Origin: Candidatus Omnitrophota bacterium
GTDB lineage: Bacteria; Omnitrophota; Gorgyraeia; Zapsychrales; Zapsychraceae
Assembly: GCA_029261065.1 (NCBI GenBank)
Contig: JAJDCB010000030.1
Location: forward strand, 132,876-196,875
Reading direction: 5' to 3'
DNA: 64,000 nt
The first letter of the stretch is position 1. Each line of letters opens with the position of its first letter. The notes beneath the pieces were generated by a model. It saw only the letters and a list, made by a program, of their open reading frames with translations, was not told the DNA's origin and made no database searches. Positions 9,957 to 20,383 of the stretch are shown here, one piece after another. The translations under genes were made by a program, and so were the position numbers.

Positions 9957-10823
9957 ATGATGAAAATTTATTTAGATGGCAAATTAGTTGATCAAAGCGA
10001 AGCTAAGGTTTCTGTTTTTGATCATGGGTTTCTTTATGGTGATGGGGCTTTTGAAGGGATTCGTAGTTATAATAATCTCGTTTTTAAGTTAAAGGAACAT
10101 CTAGACAGACTTTATGAAACGGCGCACACCATGATGATTGATATTCCTTTAACAAAACAACAACTGTCAAAAGCGGTCATTGATACTCTTAAAGCCAACA
10201 AAATAAAAGATGGTTACATCCGTTTAATTGTTACGCGAGGGGTTGGCGATTTAGGATTAGATCCAACTAAATGTAAAGGGAGACCAAGCGTCATAATTAT
10301 TACTGATAAGATTACACTTTATCCTAAAGAGTTGTATAATAAGGGGATGGAAATCATTACCGTTCCTACAATGCGTAATAATCCAGAGGCTTTAAACCCG
10401 ATGTTAAAGTCTCTTAATTATCTAAATAATATTTTTGCCAAGATTGAAGCCAACAATTCAGGGGTGAGTGAGGCGATTATGTTAGATCATCAAGGGTACG
10501 TTGCTGAATGCACAGGAGATAATATTTTTATATTCAAGAACAAAATGTTATCCACGCCAAGTCAAGGTCGCCTTAAAGGCATCACGCGCGATGTCGTTTT
10601 AGGTATGGCTAAGAAGATAAAAACACCCACACAAGAATGTTTAATAACGCGTCATGAAGTTTATACGGCTGAGGAATGTTTTTTAACGGGAACAGCTGCA
10701 GAGATTATCCCTGTTGTTAAAGTGGATGGGCGCATAATAGGAACGGGCAAGCCGGGTGCGTTTACGAAAAAAATTATGAAGTTGTTTCATGAAGCGACGA
10801 ATAAGGATGGGGTTGGGTATTAA
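9957..10823 (+). CDS. ilvE: Branched-chain amino acid aminotransferase (class IV PLP)
   Basis: DHGFLYGDGAFEGIR, KSLNYLNN, GYVAECTGDNIF, ECFLTGTAAEIIPV. Confidence 0.93.
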   Translation: MMKIYLDGKLVDQSEAKVSVFDHGFLYGDGAFEGIRSYNNLVFKLKEHLDRLYETAHTMMIDIPLTKQQLSKAVIDTLKANKIKDGYIRLIVTRGVGDLGLDPTKCKGRPSVIIITDKITLYPKELYNKGMEIITVPTMRNNPEALNPMLKSLNYLNNIFAKIEANNSGVSEAIMLDHQGYVAECTGDNIFIFKNKMLSTPSQGRLKGITRDVVLGMAKKIKTPTQECLITRHEVYTAEECFLTGTAAEIIPVVKVDGRIIGTGKPGAFTKKIMKLFHEATNKDGVGY

Positions 10824-10831
10824 ATTCAGCC

Positions 10832-10935
10832 TGTAATCCCCGCGTCAGCCAAAGGCTGATCAGCCTTTGGCTGAAAAGTAGGGAACCATTAATAATTAAA
10901 ACGACTTCGAAGTCCCCGCTTACGCAAGGATGACA
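10832..10935. repeat. Degenerate TGTC-tagged REP doublet; the left unit is interrupted by a perfect 30-bp palindrome
   Basis: TGTAATCCCCGCG|[10845-10874 TCAGCCAAAGGCTGATCAGCCTTTGGCTGA]|AAAGTAGGGAACC; inverted partner GAAGTCCCCGCTTACGCAAGGATGACA at 10909-10935. Confidence 0.75.
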
Positions 10936-10968
10936 TGAAGTTGAACATGCTGAAAACAAGGCATCATT

Positions 10969-11478
10969 ATGCAATGCGATATATGCGCTAAGAAAAAAGC
11001 AACCGTTCATTTAACAGAGATTGTTGATGAACAAATGTCTGAGATGCATTTGTGCGAGGAGTGTGCGCGCGAAAAAAGTTCTCAAATGGAACAGCAGTTT
11101 GGTTTGGCTGATTTGTTGGCTGGCTTAGGGGACTTTAGTAAACATGTTAAAAGCCCTGATACAACAACTTTACAATGTAATAATTGTGGCATGACCTATG
11201 ATGATTTTAGAAAGTTTGGTCGACTTGGTTGCAGTCAATGCTATGAAGCCTTTAAATCACATCTCTCGACCTTGCTTAAAAAGATTCATGGATCGAATCA
11301 TCATTTTGGTAAAACACCAACGCAGATTCCATCTTCTGAGAAGAAAAAGATTGAAAGTCTGCAAGATTTTAAAAATCAACTCCTCCAAGCTATTCAGATG
11401 GAAGATTTTGAAAAAGCGGCTGAGCTAAGAGACAAAATTCGTGGTTTTGAAAAAAAGAGTAAAGGTAAGAAAGAGTAA
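10969..11478 (+). CDS. mcsA: McsA activator of the protein-arginine kinase
   Basis: Four CxxC motifs (MQCDIC, HLCEEC, CNNCG, GRLGCSQCY) and a C-terminal UVR domain (EDFEKAAELRDKI). Confidence 0.95.
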   Translation: MQCDICAKKKATVHLTEIVDEQMSEMHLCEECAREKSSQMEQQFGLADLLAGLGDFSKHVKSPDTTTLQCNNCGMTYDDFRKFGRLGCSQCYEAFKSHLSTLLKKIHGSNHHFGKTPTQIPSSEKKKIESLQDFKNQLLQAIQMEDFEKAAELRDKIRGFEKKSKGKKE

Positions 11479-11486
11479 TAATTGTT

Positions 11487-12539
11487 ATGGAAATTAACGA
11501 TTTAATAAACAATACAGGGCAATGGTTAAAAGGGACGGGAGAGTTCTCTAACATTGTTATGTCATCACGATTAAGATTGGCGCGTAATTTAGTTTTAAAA
11601 CCATTTCCAAATAAGGCGCGAAAGAAAGACTTAGTTGAGATATTAGAACTTATTGAAGGTGTATTGGGAGCTATGAATTATTTAAAAGGCTCTACTCTGT
11701 TTAAAATTGGCGATTTAGACAATGTTGATAAGCAGTTTTTAATTGAAAGACATTTGATGAGCCACGAGCACGCTACTAACCCAGATGGTAAGGCTCTTGT
11801 GGTTTCTAAGGAAGAAGTATTATCCATTATGATTAACGAAGAAGATCATTTACGTATTCAAGTTATGCAGTCTGGTTTAAATTTAGACGAAGCTCTTCAT
11901 ATTGCAAGTTCCATTGACGATGCCCTGTCAAAGAAGTTAGACTTTGCCTTCTCTATTCATTGGGGATATTTAACAGCGTGTCCGACAAATACAGGTACAG
12001 CCATGAGAGGTTCCGTTATGCTTCACCTTCCAGCCTTGGTTATGACCAAACAAATTAATAAAGTGTTGGCTGCCGTATCAAAATTAAGTTTTGCCTCAAG
12101 AGGTTTTTACGGGGAAGGGACGCAGGCGAGTGGTAATTTTTATCAAATTTCAAATCAAGTTTCACTTGGACAAAGCGAGACGGATGTTATTCAAAATATT
12201 AATGGTCTTATTCGACAAATTATCGAGCAGGAAGAACAAGCACGACAAGCGTTGTTGTTGCAAAACAAATTAATGGTTGAAGATAAAATTTATCGTTCTT
12301 TTGGGATTCTTCAAAATGCCCATGTCATCTCAAGTCAAGAAACAGTGGAATTGCTTTCGATGTTACGCTTAGGGATTGATTTAGGTATTATTAAAAATGT
12401 TGACCGAGGAGATATCAATGAGCTTTTTATTATGATTCAACCCGCTCATTTACAAAAGATTGAAACAAAAAAATTAACAGCAGCTGAACGAGATCGAAAA
12501 AGGGCAAGCCTTATTCGGCAAAAGATAGGAGGAAAATAA
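11487..12539 (+). CDS. mcsB: Protein-arginine kinase McsB
   Basis: SSRLRLARNL, MINEEDHLRIQ, GYLTACPTNTGT, RGFYGEG, YQISNQ. Confidence 0.96.
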   Translation: MEINDLINNTGQWLKGTGEFSNIVMSSRLRLARNLVLKPFPNKARKKDLVEILELIEGVLGAMNYLKGSTLFKIGDLDNVDKQFLIERHLMSHEHATNPDGKALVVSKEEVLSIMINEEDHLRIQVMQSGLNLDEALHIASSIDDALSKKLDFAFSIHWGYLTACPTNTGTAMRGSVMLHLPALVMTKQINKVLAAVSKLSFASRGFYGEGTQASGNFYQISNQVSLGQSETDVIQNINGLIRQIIEQEEQARQALLLQNKLMVEDKIYRSFGILQNAHVISSQETVELLSMLRLGIDLGIIKNVDRGDINELFIMIQPAHLQKIETKKLTAAERDRKRASLIRQKIGGK

Positions 12540-12542
12540 ATC

Positions 12543-14984
12543 ATGTTTAATCGATTTACAGAAAGAGCCAGAAAAGTAATCGTCTATGCTAAAGAAGAAG
12601 CTCGACGGTTTAATCATGATTATATCGGGACAGAACATTTGCTTTTAGGTTTGGTGCGAGAAGGCGAAGGGGTTGCGGCGGCTGTGTTACAAAAATTAGG
12701 ATTGGATTTAGAGGCGATAAGAATTGAAGTGGAAAAATTAGTTCAACCAGGTCCTCAAACACAAGTATTAGGAGATATTCCTTTTACTCCTCGATCAAAA
12801 AAGGCATTGGAACTTTCCGCGGAAGAGGCGCGTGCCTTAGGCCATAATTATATCGGAACGGAACATCTTCTTCTTGGTTTAGTTAAAGAGGGTGAAGGAA
12901 TGGCCTACCGTGTCTTGCTTAATCTTGGATTAGATTTAGGAAAGTTGCGTAATGAAGTTATGGAGCTATTAGGTTCTGGTATTCCAGGTTATGGGTCACA
13001 AGAACCTGTTAAGACAGATAAAACGCCAGCCATCGATGCTTATGGTCGTAATTTAAATAAGTATGCCAAAGATGGTAAGCTTGATCCTGTTATTGGACGA
13101 GCGGAAGAAATTGAACGTATTTTGCAAATCCTTTCTCGTCGAACAAAAAACAATCCTGTGCTTCTCGGAGAAGCAGGTGTTGGTAAAACGGCAATAGTTG
13201 AGGGGTTAGCTCAAAAGATCATTAATGGCGAGGTGCCAGAGCTATTACGAGAAAAAACAATTGTTGTTCTTGATTTAGCTTTGATGATTGCTGGAACGAA
13301 ATATCGTGGACAGTTTGAAGAACGTATCAAAGCGATCATGGATGAAATTAAACGAAATGGAAAAATCATTTTGTTTATTGATGAGTTACACACTCTTGTT
13401 GGTGCGGGTGCCGCTGAAGGAGCCATTGATGCGGCCAACATTTTAAAACCTGCCCTAGCCCGTGGAGAAGTTCAATGTATTGGGGCGACCACTTTAGATG
13501 AATATCGTAAACATATTGAAAAAGATGCCGCTTTAGAAAGACGTTTTCAAACGATTACGGTTGAGCAGCCATCTATTGATGAAGCCATTCAAATTCTAAA
13601 AGGTCTTCGAGATAAATATGAAGCCCATCATCGCGTTAAGTTTTCCGATGAAGCCCTAGATGCTGCTGTGAGACTTTCAGAGCGATACATCTCTGGACGA
13701 GCTTTGCCAGATAAAGCTGTTGATATCCTTGATGAGGCGGGTTCCCGCGCGCGTTTAAAAGCGATGGTTGTTCCTCCAGGGATGAAAGAGTTGGAAGAGG
13801 AGATTGAAAGTTTAAAGAAGGAAAAGGAATCTCATATCAAGAGTCAAGATTTTGAAAAAGCAGCTAAGATGCGAGATCTTGAACGAGAAAATCGTGACAA
13901 GCTTGAAAAAATTAAAAGCGAATGGTCTCAAGAAAGAGATAAGGTCACCTTAACTTTGGGTTATGAAGATATCGCACGTGTCGTTTCTCAATGGACCAAA
14001 ATTCCTTTAGTGCGTTTAGAAGAAAAAGAAACACAAAAGCTTCTTGAGATGGAAAAGCACATGCAAAAAGATGTGGTTGGTCAAGAAGAAGCTATTAGTG
14101 CGATAGCTCGTGCTGTTCGACGCTCTCGAGCTGGTATTAAAGATCCTAGTCGTCCGATTGGATCTTTTATTTTCTTAGGACCAACGGGTGTTGGTAAAAC
14201 ATTGTTGGCTCAAATGTTGGCTGAGTTTATGTTTGGGAGCAAAGATGCTCTTATTCAAATTGATATGTCAGAGTATATGGATAAGTTTAACGTCTCCCGC
14301 CTTATTGGTGCGCCACCTGGGTATGTTGGTTATGAAGAGGGTGGACAGTTAACCGAAAAAGTAAGACGGAAACCTTATTCTGTTGTTTTGTTGGATGAAA
14401 TTGAAAAAGCTCACCCAGATGTTTTTAATTTATTACTTCAAGTTTTTGAAGAAGGCCGTCTAACAGATAGTTTGGCGAGGAAAGTTGACTTTCGAAATAC
14501 AATTATCCTTATGACGTCAAATGTCGGGGCCAGTATGTTAAGAAAACAAGGGTCTTTGGGTTTTAAAGCTCAAACAGATACAGCTGTCACTTATGGCGAC
14601 ATGAAACTCCATTTGCTTGAAGAGGTTAAGAAAACATTTAAACCAGAGTTTCTCAATCGGGTTGATGAAATCATCGTATTTCAATCTTTAACGAAAGAGA
14701 ACTTACGAGACATTGTTAAACTAGAAATTCAGTCTGTCTTTAAGAGGTTAGAGGATAAAGAAATAACCATTCAGTTGTCGGATGACGCGTTAGAGCTGCT
14801 GATCGAAAAAGGATTTGATCCTGTTTACGGCGCTCGTCCTCTGAAAAGAACAATTCAACGGTTATTAGAAGATCCTTTAGCCGAAGAAATTATTTCCGGT
14901 GCGTTTAAAGAAGGAAGTAAAGTTAAGGCAGACCGTGATGGTGATCAAATAGTCTTTAAAGAGAAGAATGCCGCAGCTAAATGA
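12543..14984 (+). CDS. clpC: ATP-dependent Clp protease ATP-binding subunit ClpC
   Basis: [10 protein letters not shown], two Clp-N repeats, two AAA+ modules ([16 protein letters not shown]), UVR linker, LGF loop. Confidence 0.97.
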   Translation: MFNRFTERARKVIVYAKEEARRFNHDYIGTEHLLLGLVREGEGVAAAVLQKLGLDLEAIRIEVEKLVQPGPQTQVLGDIPFTPRSKKALELSAEEARALGHNYIGTEHLLLGLVKEGEGMAYRVLLNLGLDLGKLRNEVMELLGSGIPGYGSQEPVKTDKTPAIDAYGRNLNKYAKDGKLDPVIGRAEEIERILQILSRRTKNNPVLLGEAGVGKTAIVEGLAQKIINGEVPELLREKTIVVLDLALMIAGTKYRGQFEERIKAIMDEIKRNGKIILFIDELHTLVGAGAAEGAIDAANILKPALARGEVQCIGATTLDEYRKHIEKDAALERRFQTITVEQPSIDEAIQILKGLRDKYEAHHRVKFSDEALDAAVRLSERYISGRALPDKAVDILDEAGSRARLKAMVVPPGMKELEEEIESLKKEKESHIKSQDFEKAAKMRDLERENRDKLEKIKSEWSQERDKVTLTLGYEDIARVVSQWTKIPLVRLEEKETQKLLEMEKHMQKDVVGQEEAISAIARAVRRSRAGIKDPSRPIGSFIFLGPTGVGKTLLAQMLAEFMFGSKDALIQIDMSEYMDKFNVSRLIGAPPGYVGYEEGGQLTEKVRRKPYSVVLLDEIEKAHPDVFNLLLQVFEEGRLTDSLARKVDFRNTIILMTSNVGASMLRKQGSLGFKAQTDTAVTYGDMKLHLLEEVKKTFKPEFLNRVDEIIVFQSLTKENLRDIVKLEIQSVFKRLEDKEITIQLSDDALELLIEKGFDPVYGARPLKRTIQRLLEDPLAEEIISGAFKEGSKVKADRDGDQIVFKEKNAAAK

Positions 14985-15949
14985 TTTTTCGTATTCTCAT
15001 TTTAGGTTTTCTTTATTTTACAGCATTTACTCGTGTCTGTGACGCGTTAGAAGTCTATCCTTTTAAGGGTAATATTGATTTTGAAAAAAGACAATTTCAA
15101 CTCTCAGTCGATCTTAAAGACGAGGGAACCTTTACAGCGCAATGTGATCAAACATCACCCAAAGATTTTCATCTCTCTCTAGATTTTGATCACTTTCAAA
15201 CCCCTCGATTTAATCTTACCAGTCGTATTGAAAGTTCATTGGAAATTGATATGAATGAGACCTTTGGCCTCAAGGGACAGGTGTGGAGTCAAAATTCTCT
15301 TTTAAATTTTAAACCTGTTCATGATTTAAAAGGAAAATTTGCACTTAAAGATAACAGATTAACCCTTCATTCTTTTAGTTTTGGGAATATGTCGTTAAAA
15401 GGTTTTATGGATGTGGTTAAGCCGTATAAGTTAGATGTGGGTGTAAAATTACTTTCCATGGAAATGGATGAATTTTTAGGTTTCTGGATTAAAGATAAAG
15501 ATTTTAATTCTTCAGGTGATGTTGTTGGCAATATTAAGGTTACCGGAAATCTAGGAAACATGCAGATGCGGGGAGATTTACAAAGTTTAAATGGGTTTGT
15601 TAAAAGATTGGAGTTTGATAGTATTCATCTCAATCTTGCAGGCATTTATCCTCATTTGGAAATTGATGATTCTACAATAACCAAAGCAGATGGTATGAGT
15701 TTTACAATTGCCGGGCCCATCGATTTGGATAATCGATCAAAATTAAAGAAACAAATTAAAGCGTTAAATATAGCTCCTCTTGTTGTGGTGAATGATACGC
15801 AAAAAGAATGGACGATAAAACGATCGAATGAAGATGAATTTGGTGGAAAGACAGAATTGAAATATTTGTTACGTAAGAGAGAAGACGCAATTTCTAAAGG
15901 TGATGAAGAGTCTGATATGCTTGGTGTGCAACGAACGGTTGAATTTTAA
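14981..15949 (+). CDS. Exported beta-rich hypothetical protein, AsmA/TamB-like
   Basis: N-terminal signal peptide; repeated amphipathic strands with G-x-hydrophobic motifs ([18 protein letters not shown]); ends in Phe; ATGA overlap with clpC. Confidence 0.5.
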   Translation: MIFRILILGFLYFTAFTRVCDALEVYPFKGNIDFEKRQFQLSVDLKDEGTFTAQCDQTSPKDFHLSLDFDHFQTPRFNLTSRIESSLEIDMNETFGLKGQVWSQNSLLNFKPVHDLKGKFALKDNRLTLHSFSFGNMSLKGFMDVVKPYKLDVGVKLLSMEMDEFLGFWIKDKDFNSSGDVVGNIKVTGNLGNMQMRGDLQSLNGFVKRLEFDSIHLNLAGIYPHLEIDDSTITKADGMSFTIAGPIDLDNRSKLKKQIKALNIAPLVVVNDTQKEWTIKRSNEDEFGGKTELKYLLRKREDAISKGDEESDMLGVQRTVEF

Positions 15950-15959
15950 GGAATAAATA

Positions 15960-17321
15960 ATGAAAACAAAGACCATATTTGTTTGTCAAGAATGCGGAAC
16001 AGAGTCTCCCCGATGGGTCGGAAAATGTTCTGGGTGTGAAAGTTGGAATTCTTATGTTGAGGAGCATACATCATCAACGTTAGAGAAAAAAGGCGGCGTT
16101 GTTTTTAAAGAAGATCCGGTATTGTTGTCTGATATTTCAGTAATCAATGAAAAACGATATACAACAGAAATATCAGAACTTGATCGTGTGCTTGGGGGTG
16201 GTGTGGTTCCTGATTCTGTGACACTCATTGGTGGGGATCCAGGAATTGGGAAATCTACATTGTCGTTGCAGATTGCTTGTCGACTGAGTGAAAAAAATTT
16301 TAAAGTTCTTTATGTGAGCGGTGAGGAGTCTGTTAAACAAACAAGTTTGCGGGCGCAACGGATTAGCGCTAATGAGAATAAATTTCTTTATATCGTTAAT
16401 CAAGTCGATATCAACGTGGTCATGAATTATATCCATAAGATGAAGCCTGATGTTGTTATCGTGGATTCCATTCAAGTTGTTTATAACCCTGAGATGTCAT
16501 CAACACCTGGGAGTGTTAGTCAGGTTAGAGAGTGTGCAGCCCTTTTAACTCAAATGGCTAAAACGCGAGGCATTGCGTTATTTATTATTGGTCATGTGAC
16601 TAAAGAAGGGACGCTCGCGGGTCCACGCGTTTTAGAACATATTGTCGATTGTGTTTTGTATTTTGAGGGAGAACGTTATTCGACTTATCGTGTTTTGCGT
16701 GCTACAAAAAACAGATTTGGATCGACTAATGAGATTGGTGTGTTTGAGATGACTTCTATGGGTTTGCAGGAAGTCGTTAATCCATCTGAAATTTTTTTAT
16801 CTGAAAGGCCTGAGAACGCATCAGGTTCTGTCGTGGTTCCTATTATGGAGGGAACGCGTCCCTTTCTTGTTGAGATTCAAGGGTTGGTTAGTCGTTCTAG
16901 TTTTGGTATTGCCCGACAAAAAGCACAAGGGTTTGATGCCAATCGCTTGGCTTTGCTGATTGCTGTCTTAGAAAAACGTATTGGGCTTAATTTACAGGAT
17001 AAGGATATCTTCTTAAATGTTGTAGGAGGGGTCAAGGTTATGGATCCGGCCGCAGATTTAGCTGTTGCTTTAGCCATCGCATCAGCTTTTCTAGATAAAA
17101 ATTTAAGTTTTGAAACGGTTGTGTTAGGTGAAGTAGGGTTATCAGCAGAAGTAAGAAGCGTTAGTCAGATTGCCTTACGTATTATGGAAGCGGATAAGTT
17201 AGGGTTTAAGAGGTGTATACTGCCAAAGAATAATTTAAAATCGAATGTTGATATACGCACCAAAAATATTGAAGTGATAGCCGTAGAGAATGTAAAGCAG
17301 GCCTTGGATTTGTTAAATTAA
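15960..17321 (+). CDS. radA: DNA repair protein RadA/Sms
   Basis: CQECG...CSGC zinc finger, GGDPGIGKST, KNRFG motif, Lon-like C-terminal domain. Confidence 0.97.
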   Translation: MKTKTIFVCQECGTESPRWVGKCSGCESWNSYVEEHTSSTLEKKGGVVFKEDPVLLSDISVINEKRYTTEISELDRVLGGGVVPDSVTLIGGDPGIGKSTLSLQIACRLSEKNFKVLYVSGEESVKQTSLRAQRISANENKFLYIVNQVDINVVMNYIHKMKPDVVIVDSIQVVYNPEMSSTPGSVSQVRECAALLTQMAKTRGIALFIIGHVTKEGTLAGPRVLEHIVDCVLYFEGERYSTYRVLRATKNRFGSTNEIGVFEMTSMGLQEVVNPSEIFLSERPENASGSVVVPIMEGTRPFLVEIQGLVSRSSFGIARQKAQGFDANRLALLIAVLEKRIGLNLQDKDIFLNVVGGVKVMDPAADLAVALAIASAFLDKNLSFETVVLGEVGLSAEVRSVSQIALRIMEADKLGFKRCILPKNNLKSNVDIRTKNIEVIAVENVKQALDLLN

Positions 17322-17363
17322 AATGCGTGTGAGAATTAAGAGAAGTGTTTTTAGGAGATACTC

Positions 17364-18371
17364 ATGACCTTATCTTTTATTCGATCGTTCTTTGTTATTG
17401 TTAGTGGTGTCGTGGGATATTATGTCGGCACATTAATTGAGATTCAAAATCATATTGCAGGTTTAGAAGTTGCAACCATGGGTGCCATGGTTGGTTGTTT
17501 AGGGGCCTTGATTTTGATCTTACTTGAAATGCAATTGCGCAGTGTCTCTGTGCGTGGTCTTTCAAGTGTTGTGTTTGGTTTGTTGTTGGGTTTATTTATG
17601 GCCAAACTTATGTCTAGTATTCTTGGGCTACTGCCTTTGGATCCTTTTGTTGTGTCGATTTCTGAAATTGTCTTGATCTTGATTTTCTCCTATCTTGGAG
17701 CTGTTATGGCTATGCGAGGGAAGGATGAATTTAGTCTTATTATTCCTTATGTACGTTTTCGCCGGCAAGATACCAGGGAAGAAGATATTTTACTTGATAC
17801 GAGTGCCATCATTGATGGGCGTATCTATGATATTTATAGATCTCGTTTTCTTAACGGACGACTTGTGGTGCCAAAGTTTGTTCTTTCGGAGTTACAACAG
17901 TTAGGTGATTCCCAGAATGATATCAAACGGGAACGTGGCCGTCGTGGGATGGAGATGTTGCGTCATATGCAAGAAGATCCTAAGGTTGATATTCGTATTC
18001 AAGATAATGATGTTCTTGATGGGTTAGGCGCTGATGAAATGCTTGTGCGAACAGCGAAGATGATGGATGCTCGTGTGTGTACTACAGATTTTAATCTTGA
18101 TCGTGTCGCTGTCTTACAAGGTGTTGAAACGCTTAATATCAACGCTCTTGCCAGTGCTGTTAAGGCAGTTGTTCTTAATGGCGAGGTGTTAACGATTCGT
18201 TTGATTAAGGAAGGTAAAGAGTCTGATCAAGCGATTGGTTTTCTTGAGGATGGGACCATGGTTGTCGTTGGGCAAGCCCGAAGTTTGATTGGCCAAGTGG
18301 TTAGTGTGGCAGTGACATCTTTTTTACAAACACAGTCAGGAAAAATGGTATTTGCCAAAATTGTAAAATAA
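17364..18371 (+). CDS. yacL: Membrane PIN/TRAM-domain protein, YacL family
   Basis: Four N-terminal TM helices, PIN motif LLDTSAIIDGRI, TRAM motif GFLEDGTMVVV...QTQSGKMVFA; radA-ispD context. Confidence 0.9.
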   Translation: MTLSFIRSFFVIVSGVVGYYVGTLIEIQNHIAGLEVATMGAMVGCLGALILILLEMQLRSVSVRGLSSVVFGLLLGLFMAKLMSSILGLLPLDPFVVSISEIVLILIFSYLGAVMAMRGKDEFSLIIPYVRFRRQDTREEDILLDTSAIIDGRIYDIYRSRFLNGRLVVPKFVLSELQQLGDSQNDIKRERGRRGMEMLRHMQEDPKVDIRIQDNDVLDGLGADEMLVRTAKMMDARVCTTDFNLDRVAVLQGVETLNINALASAVKAVVLNGEVLTIRLIKEGKESDQAIGFLEDGTMVVVGQARSLIGQVVSVAVTSFLQTQSGKMVFAKIVK

Positions 18372-18377
18372 ATCATT

Positions 18378-19058
18378 ATGAAAGTTCAAGCCATTATCCC
18401 GAGCGCTGGAACAGGGACGCGTTTAAAAGCATCGAAGCATAAACCATTTGTTGAAATCAATGGCGTCCCGTTAATTGCTTACACTTTAATAGCTTTTGAA
18501 GAAAGTAATTTGGTAAATTCTGTTATTGTTGTTGCTCATAAAGATGCGATTAAAGATATTGAAGATATTGTTGCTGATCAAAAGTTTAAGAAGGTGGCCC
18601 AGGTTGTTGAAGGTGGGGCAACACGTTGTGAGTCGGTTTTTTGTGGTTTAGCCCAAGTTGAGAAAGAAACAGATGTTGTTGTTGTTCATGACGGGGCGCG
18701 AGCGCTTGTGACACCTGAAATTATTGATGGTGCTGTTAGTTTGTGTGAAAGCCAAGGCTCAGTAGTTGTTGCTGTTCCGGTTAAGTCGACGATCAAACAG
18801 GTTGATCAAAAACAGTTAACAATTACCAAAACTTTGGATCGTGCATCACTCTGGGAGATTCAAACACCTCAGGTTTTTAAAAGAGATGTTCTCATAAAGG
18901 CGCATGAACAAAGTGTAGAAGCAACACCTACAGATGATGCGATGTTGGTTGAGATGATGGGAGAGACGGTTAAGATATTTCAAGGCGATTATCGTAATAT
19001 CAAAGTGACAACTCAAGAAGATCTTATTGTGGCGAAGGCGTTTTTGGATGCGAGATAA
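18378..19058 (+). CDS. ispD: 2-C-methyl-D-erythritol 4-phosphate cytidylyltransferase
   Basis: IIPSAGTGTRL, GGATRCESV, VHDGAR, QTPQVF, TDDA, NIKVTT. Confidence 0.96.
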   Translation: MKVQAIIPSAGTGTRLKASKHKPFVEINGVPLIAYTLIAFEESNLVNSVIVVAHKDAIKDIEDIVADQKFKKVAQVVEGGATRCESVFCGLAQVEKETDVVVVHDGARALVTPEIIDGAVSLCESQGSVVVAVPVKSTIKQVDQKQLTITKTLDRASLWEIQTPQVFKRDVLIKAHEQSVEATPTDDAMLVEMMGETVKIFQGDYRNIKVTTQEDLIVAKAFLDAR

Positions 19059-19060
19059 CG

Positions 19061-19152
19061 ATGTCATCCCCGCGAAAGCGGGGATCCATGGGGTAAGGGG
19101 ATTAAGTAGTAGTATTATTATATTGAGGTCCCCGCTTCCGCGGGGATGACAT
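19061..19152. repeat. TGTC-tagged REP doublet (inverted pair)
   Basis: TGTCATCCCCGCGAAAGCGGGGATCC (19062-19087) and inverted GAGGTCCCCGCTTCCGCGGGGATGACA (19125-19151). Confidence 0.85.
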
Positions 19153-19175
19153 TATTTCTTTTATGGATTAAAATT

Positions 19176-19655
19176 ATGACACAACACCGCATAGGAATTG
19201 GTTACGATATTCACCGACTTGTAGAGGGGCGCAAGTTAATTCTCGGAGGCGTTGAGATTCCTTATGAAAAAGGTCTTGATGGGCACTCTGATGCAGATGT
19301 ATTGTTACACGCTATTTGTGATGCCATTTTAGGTGCGATGTGTAAGGGCGATATCGGCGAACATTTTCCTAATACGGACCCCGCTTACAAAGATATTTCA
19401 AGTATCGTATTGTTAGAGAAGGTGGGTGATCTTTTAAAAGAAGAAGGCTATTGCATTACCAACATCGATACCATGCTTCAAGCTGAAGAACCAAATATCA
19501 AATCATTTAAAGCGGCCATGAAAGAAAATATCGCCAAAGCGTTATCCTTAGATGTTGAGACCATCAACATCAAAGCCACCACACAAGAACGTTTAGGAGC
19601 TCTTGGTAACAAAGAAGGCATCGCCGCTTTTGCGAGTGTATTATTAATTAAATAA
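19176..19655 (+). CDS. ispF: 2-C-methyl-D-erythritol 2,4-cyclodiphosphate synthase
   Basis: [34 protein letters not shown]. Start at ATG 19176; the upstream ATG lies inside the REP. Confidence 0.96.
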   Translation: MTQHRIGIGYDIHRLVEGRKLILGGVEIPYEKGLDGHSDADVLLHAICDAILGAMCKGDIGEHFPNTDPAYKDISSIVLLEKVGDLLKEEGYCITNIDTMLQAEEPNIKSFKAAMKENIAKALSLDVETINIKATTQERLGALGNKEGIAAFASVLLIK

Positions 19656-19670
19656 CATAGGACAAAGTAT

Positions 19671-20354
19671 ATGGGTTTCTTAGGTTTTATATTTACAGTC
19701 TTAACACTCATCATTGCTTTTGCACTGCTTGTGGCTGTTTTCTTTCCACAAGAAGTTAAGTCAACACGCGAAAAAGATCCAGCGGCTAAAGGGTACTTGG
19801 AGATTGTGTTGTTGTACCCAGGCTTACATGCCTTAATTTCTCATCGGATATGTCATTGCCTTTGGAATATGAAAATTCCTTTAATACCACGTATCTTCTC
19901 TCAAATAACACGCCTTTTTACAGGTATTGAAATCCATCCTGGCGCGCAAATTGGTAAGGGTTTGTTTATTGATCATGGGATGGGTGTTGTGATTGGGGAG
20001 ACTGTGATTATTGGATCTGATGTCACTTTATTTCAAGGCGTCACGTTAGGTGGGACAGGTAAACAAACGGGGAAGCGTCATCCAACATTAGAAGACAATG
20101 TTGTTGTTGGAGCGGGAGCTAAAGTGCTTGGTAATATTACGATTGGTACAGGTTCTTATGTTGGGGCCAATGCCGTTGTGATTCGAGATGTTCCAGCACA
20201 GTCAACAGTTGTTGGTGTGCCTGGGCATGTGACAAAGAAAGATGGTAAGAAAGTCGATATTATGGATCACGTGCATGTATCTGATCCTATCATGCAGCAT
20301 ATGAAAGATGTGTTAAAACGTATTAAGAGTCTTGAAGATAAAAAAGAAAATTAA
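19671..20354 (+). CDS. cysE: Serine O-acetyltransferase with an N-terminal hydrophobic segment
   Basis: DPAA, YPGLHA, TGIEIHPGA, FIDHGMGVVIGET, GGTGKQTGKRHPT; precedes cysS. Confidence 0.93.
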   Translation: MGFLGFIFTVLTLIIAFALLVAVFFPQEVKSTREKDPAAKGYLEIVLLYPGLHALISHRICHCLWNMKIPLIPRIFSQITRLFTGIEIHPGAQIGKGLFIDHGMGVVIGETVIIGSDVTLFQGVTLGGTGKQTGKRHPTLEDNVVVGAGAKVLGNITIGTGSYVGANAVVIRDVPAQSTVVGVPGHVTKKDGKKVDIMDHVHVSDPIMQHMKDVLKRIKSLEDKKEN

Positions 20355-20383
20355 GCCCAATTGGGATATCATAAATTTGTATT

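Noticed and set aside
10774-11010. 78-aa minus-strand ORF between ilvE and mcsA (possible ctsR)
   Set aside because: Wrong strand and size, no CtsR HTH resemblance, and made largely of repeat sequence.
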